From: Nitrosococcus oceani ATCC 19707
GTDB lineage: Bacteria; Pseudomonadota; Gammaproteobacteria; Nitrosococcales; Nitrosococcaceae
Reading direction: 5' to 3'
Length of the DNA stretch: 32,000 nucleotides
Assembly (NCBI RefSeq): GCF_000012805.1
Contig: NC_007484.1
Location: 1,950,001 to 1,982,000, forward strand
The position numbers were made by a program, and so were the translations under genes. The notes below the pieces were generated by a model. The model had not been told where the DNA came from. It made no database searches and was given only the letters and a program-made list of their open reading frames with translations. Positions 18,885 through 25,321 of the stretch are shown piece by piece (within the stretch, counting starts at the first letter, position 1; each line of letters starts with the position of its first letter).

Positions 18885-19676
18885 ATGCTCATCGAGCAAC
18901 TTTGGACGGCCAATGCTTATCGTAATTTTAATTACCTGATTGCATGCCCAGAAACCGGTGAGGCGCTTGCTATCGATCCCCTGGATCATCGCCAGTGTCT
19001 CGCCACAGCTAAGCGCAACGGCTGGCGAATTACACAGATATTCAACACCCACGAGCATGGTGATCATACCGGAGGTAATGAGGCTATCATTGCCCAGACC
19101 AAAGGTAAACTACTCGCCCACCACAAGGCCCGGGACAAAATCAGGGGTATCGATGAAGGTCTGGCAGCGGGAGATACGGTAAAGGTAGGCAATGGTGTCG
19201 CATTGAAAGTCCTGGATACCCCTGGCCATACCATGAGCCATCTGTGCCTATTTGCTCCCAGCAATCCTCCGGCACTGTTCTGCGGCGATACTTTATTCAA
19301 TGCAGGCGCCGGTAATTGCCACAATGGCGGGGATCCAAACGCCCTTTACGCCACTTTCACTCAACAACTTGCCCTGCTTCCCTGTAACACTCGGATTTAT
19401 CCAGGCCATGAATATATTGAAAATAACCTGGGTTTTACCTTGGACCGGGAACCGGATAACGAGCAGGCTATGGCACTGCTCGCTGAGGTTAAATCGCAAG
19501 ATCCCAACCACGCTTTCGTTTCAACCTTGGCATTAGAGAAGGAAATCAATACTTTTTTCCGACTCGATAACCCTACTTTAATCACCAAGCTCCGTGAAAC
19601 TTTTCCTGACTTGCCCAGGGTTCCCGATCCGAAGACAGTATTTTTAAAACTAAGGGAACTTAGAAACAAATGGTAA
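18885..19676 (+). CDS. gloB: Hydroxyacylglutathione hydrolase (glyoxalase II, MBL fold)
   Basis: The motifs THEHGDHTGGN (THxHxDH), LDTPGHTMSH, FCGDTLFNAGAGNC, IYPGHEY and STLALEKEINTFFR are all present. The gene starts 3 nt after the ispG stop. Confidence 0.85.
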   Translation: MLIEQLWTANAYRNFNYLIACPETGEALAIDPLDHRQCLATAKRNGWRITQIFNTHEHGDHTGGNEAIIAQTKGKLLAHHKARDKIRGIDEGLAAGDTVKVGNGVALKVLDTPGHTMSHLCLFAPSNPPALFCGDTLFNAGAGNCHNGGDPNALYATFTQQLALLPCNTRIYPGHEYIENNLGFTLDREPDNEQAMALLAEVKSQDPNHAFVSTLALEKEINTFFRLDNPTLITKLRETFPDLPRVPDPKTVFLKLRELRNKW

Positions 19677-19752
19677 CAAGCTTCTGCTTCCTTTTAAGTT
19701 TTTTTTGACTTAAAGACACTTCTTAGATCGCGAGTTAAGAAAATGAATTTCC

Positions 19753-19781
19753 TTGACAGCCTACCTCCTCCATGCTAGATA
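19753..19781 (+). promoter_or_regulatory. Sigma-70-type promoter candidate for the SmbP-like gene
   Basis: TTGACA (19753-19758), a 17-bp spacer and TAGATA (19776-19781) lie about 127 nt upstream of ATG 19908. Confidence 0.4.
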
Positions 19782-19907
19782 TTACGCTGTCTTTCGTTGC
19801 TTACTCCCATCAAAAACTTTAAAAAAGAAAACGAAAATATGGGGAGAATGCGAGGGGCAAGAAGAACAACAGGTCGACCCAAAACCACTGAAGGAGAATA
19901 CAAAGAA

Positions 19908-20324
19908 ATGAAACACAAATTAACTACAGTGTTAATGGCATGCGCATTAATCCTCGCCGGAAGCGGTATTGCCTACGCCAGCGATCACATAGGGATAGCC
20001 TTGGAACATGCCGGCATGGCTGTCGCCTCCGGTAAAGACGGGCAGGCAGAAGCAATCACAGAGCATGCAGAAAAAGCTTTGGAGCATGCCAAAGCCGCTG
20101 AAAAAGAAGCCACAGGCGAGGAAAAAGAACATCTCGGCGTAGCCATTGAGCATTTAGAGTTGGGAGTTAAAGAGGGCAAGGAAGGCAACGCCGATTCCGC
20201 TACGCAACATATCAATGAAGGTATAAAACATTTGGAAGCTGCTGCGAAATCAAAGCATGGAGGCGGTGAGCATGGACAACATGGAAGTGGACATAGCAGT
20301 GGCGGTGGATATGGCGGGCATTAA
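19908..20324 (+). CDS. Periplasmic His-rich small metal-binding protein (SmbP-like) with a Gly/His tail
   Basis: GAAGGAGAA lies upstream of ATG 19908, and a signal peptide follows (MKHKLTTVLMACALILAGSGIAYA). The mature part consists of repeated helical heptad-like units carrying His: ALEHAGMA, ITEHAEKA, ALEHAKAA, EKEHLGVA, AIEHLELG, ATQHINEG and IKHLEAA. It ends in HGGGEHGQHGSGHSSGGGYGGH. The ORF-track start at 19797 (TTG) adds a basic, non-signal extension and was rejected. Confidence 0.75.
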   Translation: MKHKLTTVLMACALILAGSGIAYASDHIGIALEHAGMAVASGKDGQAEAITEHAEKALEHAKAAEKEATGEEKEHLGVAIEHLELGVKEGKEGNADSATQHINEGIKHLEAAAKSKHGGGEHGQHGSGHSSGGGYGGH

Positions 20325-20352
20325 TCGTAATCGTATTGACGGTTAAGAGCCA

Positions 20353-20395
20353 GTTAGGCAGGAAATTAATTTCCTGCCTAACATCTCTAATTTCG
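20353..20395 (+). terminator. Rho-independent terminator of the SmbP-like gene
   Basis: GTTAGGCAGGAAATT/AATTTCCTGCCTAAC is a perfect palindrome at 20353-20382, giving about an 11-bp stem once a loop is allowed. It is followed by the T-rich ATCTCTAATTT and begins 28 nt after the stop codon. Confidence 0.7.
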
Positions 20396-20503
20396 GGCGC
20401 CAAGACTATACTTAGTAAGTATTTTGTTAATATTTATCCCATTCTGCTCTAAAAGCTCTGTTTTATCCGGCCATTATCTTTCCAAACGAGATAAGCAACA
20501 AGG

Positions 20504-21274
20504 ATGAAAATCCATCCCACCGCGGTGGTTGCCCCCGAAGCAAAGCTAGGTAAAGATGTCATTATTGGGCCTTATGCGGTTATCGGTTCTCCGGTGAGTA
20601 TTGGTGAGGAAAGCATCATAGGACCCCATGCCGTTATCCATTCCTTTACACGGATAGGAAATCGTAACCAAATTCATGCCCATGCGGTCATTGGCAATAC
20701 GCCCCAAGATCTTACTTTCAGTGATCTGGAGACCTGGATCATTATCGGTCATGATAATACCTTGCGGGAAGGGGTCACTCTCCACCGGTCAACGGATCCA
20801 ACCCACCCGACCCAAATAGGGGATAAATGTTATTTCATGGCTTATTCCCATGTAGCCCATGATTGCACCATCGGCCAGGGTGTTATTCTCACCAATAACG
20901 TTCTGCTTGGAGGACATGTAGAAATAGGCTCCCACGCCGTCCTGGGGGGAGGTGCGGTAGTGCATCAACATTGCCGGGTGGGCGCTTATGCCATGGTACA
21001 AGGCCATGGTTCCGTGGGCCAGGATGTCCTCCCCTACAGTATTGTCGGGGGACATCCTGTCCGCCACTATCGTCTTAATACCATAGGACTGCGCCGGGCA
21101 GGCATCAAAGGAGAACGTTACCGGACGCTTGAGCAAGCCTTCTGGCGGCTTCGTAACAGCCTAGATTTAAATCCCCTCACCGAAACTCCCGAACTCTCTT
21201 ACCTGAAAAGCTGGCTAGCAGCAAAATCAAAACGCGGCCTTCACCGCTTTGCTGCTAAAAATTCAGCCGAGTAA
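20504..21274 (+). CDS. lpxA: Acyl-ACP--UDP-N-acetylglucosamine (or UDP-GlcNAc3N) O/N-acyltransferase LpxA
   Basis: The 256-aa protein has a left-handed beta-helix hexapeptide repeat region (IHPTAVVAPEAKLGKDVIIGPYAVIG...), the catalytic His motif SHVAHDC, and the C-terminal helical LpxA domain (GLRRAGIKGERYRTLEQAFWRL). Confidence 0.88.
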   Translation: MKIHPTAVVAPEAKLGKDVIIGPYAVIGSPVSIGEESIIGPHAVIHSFTRIGNRNQIHAHAVIGNTPQDLTFSDLETWIIIGHDNTLREGVTLHRSTDPTHPTQIGDKCYFMAYSHVAHDCTIGQGVILTNNVLLGGHVEIGSHAVLGGGAVVHQHCRVGAYAMVQGHGSVGQDVLPYSIVGGHPVRHYRLNTIGLRRAGIKGERYRTLEQAFWRLRNSLDLNPLTETPELSYLKSWLAAKSKRGLHRFAAKNSAE

Positions 21275-21280
21275 GCTTCT

Positions 21281-22444
21281 CTAGGACGCCCTCCCCAGGT
21301 TTTCTCCTTCCAACATCGCCACGGTAAGTTCGGCAATCGTACGCTGAGCGCCTGCGCCTAATTTATGCTTAATCGCATAAAATTTTTGCTGCATGGTTTG
21401 CCTGCGTTCCTTGTCCCTTAATAGATTTAGCGCTTCCAGGGCTATCCGTTCCGGGGAGGCGTCCTGTTGGATTAGCTCGGGGGCCACACCCTCGCCTGCA
21501 ATAATGTTGCAAAGAGCAATATGGTCGACCTTAATTAGCAGACGCCCCATCCAATAGCTCAAGGAATTCATTTTGTAAATAACAACTAGGGGCACGCCCA
21601 TCAAGGCGGCTTCCAAAGTAACCGTGCCGGATGCCGCGACCATGGCGTCGCAAGCCGCCATAACATCATAAGAGCGGTCAGGGATAACCCTCAAAGGAAG
21701 CCGGTATCCTTTTAAATAGGGAGCTAAATCAATCTCCTTCAGCGTTGCGGCGAGGGGTAATAGATATTGAATTTCAGGCTCTTCCGAATAAATGCGCTCT
21801 GCAGCCTCAAGCAGCACGGGCAGTAACCGCTTTATTTCGCTGTGGCGGCTCCCGGGGAGTAGACCCAGCGTTTTACAGCAAGGGTTAAAGCCAAATTCAA
21901 CCACTGCTTCATTGCGATTGAATTTGCTTTTAACCTCATGCTGCAAAGGGTGCCCAACAAAATTAACCGGGACTCCCGCCTGCTCATAAAAAGGAACTTC
22001 AAAAGGTAATACCACAGCCATCATATCCACTACCTGCCCAATTTGATGCACCCGATACTGTCGCCAAGCCCACACCTGCGGGCTAATATAATAAAGCACC
22101 TTAATGCCCAGTGTTTTCGCTCTCTTGGCCAAGCGGAGATTAAATTCCGGATAGTCCACCAGAATCAACAGATCGGGATGTTTTTCCTCAAGAAAATGGC
22201 GCATCTTTTGCATTGCCCCATAAATCTCATTAAGATGAGATAAAACTTCCACAAGCCCTACCACGGCAAGTCGGGAAGAATCAAATAGCGGCTCTACACC
22301 AGCAGCCCGCATCTGAGGCCCTGCAATGCCACCAAAGCGAACCCCGGGGGCTATTTTTTTCACCTCGCGGATCAAGTGGGCGGCATGCTGATCTCCTGAA
22401 GCCTCACCGGCTACGATAGCCACTAAGGGGGCGCTATTTTCCAA
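21281..22444 (-). CDS. lpxB: Lipid-A-disaccharide synthase
   Basis: The N-terminus PLVAIVAGEASGDQHAAHLI is characteristic of LpxB, and the length is 387 aa. The TTG start has GGAG 8 nt upstream, inside the 3' end of the aminotransferase gene, with an 11-nt overlap. Confidence 0.9.
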   Translation of the reverse strand: MENSAPLVAIVAGEASGDQHAAHLIREVKKIAPGVRFGGIAGPQMRAAGVEPLFDSSRLAVVGLVEVLSHLNEIYGAMQKMRHFLEEKHPDLLILVDYPEFNLRLAKRAKTLGIKVLYYISPQVWAWRQYRVHQIGQVVDMMAVVLPFEVPFYEQAGVPVNFVGHPLQHEVKSKFNRNEAVVEFGFNPCCKTLGLLPGSRHSEIKRLLPVLLEAAERIYSEEPEIQYLLPLAATLKEIDLAPYLKGYRLPLRVIPDRSYDVMAACDAMVAASGTVTLEAALMGVPLVVIYKMNSLSYWMGRLLIKVDHIALCNIIAGEGVAPELIQQDASPERIALEALNLLRDKERRQTMQQKFYAIKHKLGAGAQRTIAELTVAMLEGENLGRAS

Positions 22445-23540
22445 GCAGCGTACTCCGAATAACGTCTACCACCTTATCCACCTGAAGATCGCTCATCTCA
22501 GGAAAGATAGGCAATGAAAGGCATTGGCTAGCAACCCGCTCACTTATAGGAAGGTGAGTTTCCTGGTACGTCCTCTCAAAAACGGCCTGCCGATGGAGCG
22601 GTATCGGATAATAGATCGCCGAGGCAATCCCCTGAGCCGCTAAGGCGGCCCTAATTTCGTCCCGGCGTGGAGACAGCAACGTATATTGGTGATAAACGTG
22701 GGTTCCATGGGATTTTTGGTAGGGAGGAATACAATCCGGCAATTCTCCAAGCGCTTCCCCATAACGTTGAGCAACACGCCGCCGCTCAGCATTATATTGA
22801 TCAATATATTTGAACTTTATTCTCAAAATTACAGCTTGCAGCTCATCCAAACGGCTATTAAAACCTAGCTCCGAATGATGGTAACGCTGCCAGCTACCAT
22901 GATCCCGCAACACCCGAAGATGCTCAGCCATCCGATCAGAAGAGGTGGTAATTAATCCGCCATCCCCATAGCAACCTAAATTTTTACTGGGGAAAAAACT
23001 AAAACAACCTGCCAGCCCTAAACTGCCCGTCTTGCGATCATCGGCAGTATCCGCACCAAAAGACTGAGCACAGTCTTCTATGATAGAGAGATTATGCCGA
23101 ACCGCGATTGCCTCTAAAGCTGCCGTATCAGCTGCTTGCCCAAAAAGATGCACGGGGAGGATAGCACGGGTCGCCGGTGTAACCGCTGCCGCCACCTGTT
23201 CCGCATCGATATTAAATGTTTGCCCATCGATATCGACAAATACGGGGCGGGCACCCACATAGCAAATAGCTTCCGCCGTTGCAATAAAAGTAAAAGGCGT
23301 GGTAATCACCTCATCCCCAACGCTAACCCCTGCAGCGATCAAAGCCAAATGCAGGGCATCGGTTCCAGAAGCCACGCCAACACTGTGCGCCACTCCCACA
23401 TAAGCGGCTACTTCCTCTTCGAAGGCTTTCACATTAGGCCCTAGGATAAACCGACCGCCAATGAGGGCTTGCTCTAACCCCGCGTCTATTTCTTCCTTAA
23501 GCGTTTGATATTGCGTCTTTAAATCCACCATTGGAATCAT
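22434..23540 (-). CDS. DegT/DnrJ/EryC1-family PLP-dependent sugar-nucleotide aminotransferase (GnnB-like by context)
   Basis: The protein begins MIPMVDLKTQYQTLKEEI and has the PLP-lysine motif FSFFPSKNLGCYGDGG. ATG 23540 has GGAG 5 nt upstream. The ORF-track ATG at 23552 itself supplies that GGAG and is probably not the start. Confidence 0.88.
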   Translation of the reverse strand: MIPMVDLKTQYQTLKEEIDAGLEQALIGGRFILGPNVKAFEEEVAAYVGVAHSVGVASGTDALHLALIAAGVSVGDEVITTPFTFIATAEAICYVGARPVFVDIDGQTFNIDAEQVAAAVTPATRAILPVHLFGQAADTAALEAIAVRHNLSIIEDCAQSFGADTADDRKTGSLGLAGCFSFFPSKNLGCYGDGGLITTSSDRMAEHLRVLRDHGSWQRYHHSELGFNSRLDELQAVILRIKFKYIDQYNAERRRVAQRYGEALGELPDCIPPYQKSHGTHVYHQYTLLSPRRDEIRAALAAQGIASAIYYPIPLHRQAVFERTYQETHLPISERVASQCLSLPIFPEMSDLQVDKVVDVIRSTLLGK

Positions 23541-23601
23541 AAAAGTCTCCATTTCCGGCGGGCGCAGGCTACCACCCTATCCATGCTTATCATATCGTTG
23601 T

Positions 23602-24543
23602 TTAAACACCCAGCATGTGGTTAATCTGGAGGGCAATAGCTAAAGCCCGGCGTCCTTCCTCGCCAGTGACGGAAGGCTGGGTGCCCTCTCTTACCGCTTT
23701 CAAAAAAGCTTCGATTTCCGCTTTGATGGCGTCGCTCTGCTCAAAACAACTCTCTTCCGAGATGATCTCCGGAATGCCAGGAAACATCTCCTTGGCTCCT
23801 TTGCGATAAACACTTAATACTTTATCCTGAAAATCAATAGAGATATAGGCATCCTGTTGAAATACCCGCATTTTGCGCTGTGCTTTCATGCTAACCCGGC
23901 TAGCCGTCACATTTGCAACGCAACCATTAACGAATTGAATCCGGGCATTCGCAATATCAATACCGTCGGTTAGCACTGATGCCCCATTAGCATGAATATC
24001 GCTTACCGAGGAATTTACGATGCTCAATATAATATCAATATCATGGATCATAAGATCCAACATAACACTCACATCTATGCCCCGAAGATTGAAAGGGGCC
24101 AAGCGATGGGATTCAATAAAACGCGGTGTACCAAGAACGCTTTGCAGGGCAAGGGTTGCAGAATTGAAACGCTCCAGATGGCCCACTTGCAAAACCAGAT
24201 TATAATGTCTAGCAAGCTCTATTAATTCATCGGCCTCGGCAAGGGTAGTCGTCATAGGTTTCTCTAACAGAACATGAATGCCCTGCTGCAAACACTCCTT
24301 AGCCACGACATAGTGAGACTGGGTTGGAACAACAATACTCACCGCATCAACTTTACCGAAAAGATCCCGGTAATCGGTTAAAGCAACCGCGCCATACTCA
24401 TTGGCAACCCGGCAGGCGGCGGTAGAGTTTAAATCCACCACCGCCATCAGCTCTGAAGCAGGCAGCGCAGCGTATTTTTGGGCATGGAAACGCCCTAAAT
24501 ACCCTACACCGATAACCGCCGTTTTAACCTTATTGTCTATCAC
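23602..24543 (-). CDS. Gfo/Idh/MocA-family NAD-dependent oxidoreductase (GnnA-like UDP-GlcNAc 3-dehydrogenase by context)
   Basis: The gene uses a GTG start. The N-terminal Rossmann motif is KTAVIGVGYLGRFHAQKY, the length is 313 aa, and the gene lies first in an operon with the aminotransferase and lpxB. Confidence 0.82.
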   Translation of the reverse strand: MIDNKVKTAVIGVGYLGRFHAQKYAALPASELMAVVDLNSTAACRVANEYGAVALTDYRDLFGKVDAVSIVVPTQSHYVVAKECLQQGIHVLLEKPMTTTLAEADELIELARHYNLVLQVGHLERFNSATLALQSVLGTPRFIESHRLAPFNLRGIDVSVMLDLMIHDIDIILSIVNSSVSDIHANGASVLTDGIDIANARIQFVNGCVANVTASRVSMKAQRKMRVFQQDAYISIDFQDKVLSVYRKGAKEMFPGIPEIISEESCFEQSDAIKAEIEAFLKAVREGTQPSVTGEEGRRALAIALQINHMLGV

Positions 24544-24988
24544 TGTTACACTTTTAAGAAAACTGCAAGGATGCTTGAAAAAAATAGGACAATGCTAATG
24601 GAGCGCTTCTCAACAATGCCTGAAGGCCACACCGCGCCAATAAATTAAAAAACAGCATACTCCGCCAACGAAGCTTGCGCAGATTGCTGTAACGGTGTTG
24701 GCAACAACGGGATGAAACGGTTACTCAAGAAGCGATACCGAATACTGAAGTCAAACTTCTTAAAGCCAACGCAACACAGGGCAAGGGGTTTTTGTTAAAC
24801 CAGTACCTCGCCAAAAATCAGCTTGATATCAATCAGATATAACTTATTGCCTGTAAGAGATATATTGGCTATAGTCAAGATAAAATAATTTTAGGCTGAA
24901 TTCTAACAGATATTATTTGCCAAGTCTTTTTGGCTAAAATACAGCGAAGTAATTGATTAATCTCATTTAATGCTGAATAGAGTAAAGT

Positions 24989-25006
24989 ATACGTATAAAT
25001 ACGTAT
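24989..25006. repeat. Two copies of the palindromic octamer ATACGTAT spaced 10 bp start to start (candidate operator)
   Basis: ATACGTAT-AA-ATACGTAT was read directly from the sequence, at the centre of a 778-bp non-coding AT-rich region. Confidence 0.4.
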
Positions 25007-25321
25007 TTAATTAAAGCAGTTGTTTTGCCATGATTAGGTACCGTTAAGGTACTGATTCTTCGCTTGCCCTATTTCCCCTCACTGCTCTCGGTAGTCGGAA
25101 AATCAATGACCTAGGCGCTTCTAGCTAAAGATGGATAAGTGTTCTTGCGCTTTCTCCGCTATCCACGCTCTTATTCGACCTTGCTGGTATTTTTATCGAG
25201 CTTATCTCTTACCTTCTTAAATTTATGCCGAATCCAGAGAATACTAACTAAATTTTAGTTTAAGCCCTGAGTACATAACGTGGGGGAGAATTTTAAAGAA
25301 GCCGAGCGGAAAGGAGCCCGC

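Noticed and set aside
19677-19715. T8 run after gloB as an intrinsic terminator
   Set aside because: The preceding stems are only AAGC/GCTT (4 bp) or an AT-only 6-bp stem whose loop contains the T run. That is too weak to call, although transcription may still end here.
19797-19907. 37-codon TTG-initiated extension of the SmbP-like ORF
   Set aside because: It would bury the signal peptide behind a highly basic segment. A GAAGGAGAA RBS precedes ATG 19908, and the promoter candidate sits at 19753-19781.
25280-25321. GTG start at 25280 for the histidine kinase
   Set aside because: The in-frame ATG at 25322 has a well-spaced AAAGGAG. The 14 extra residues are charged and precede the first TM segment without any homology-based need for them.
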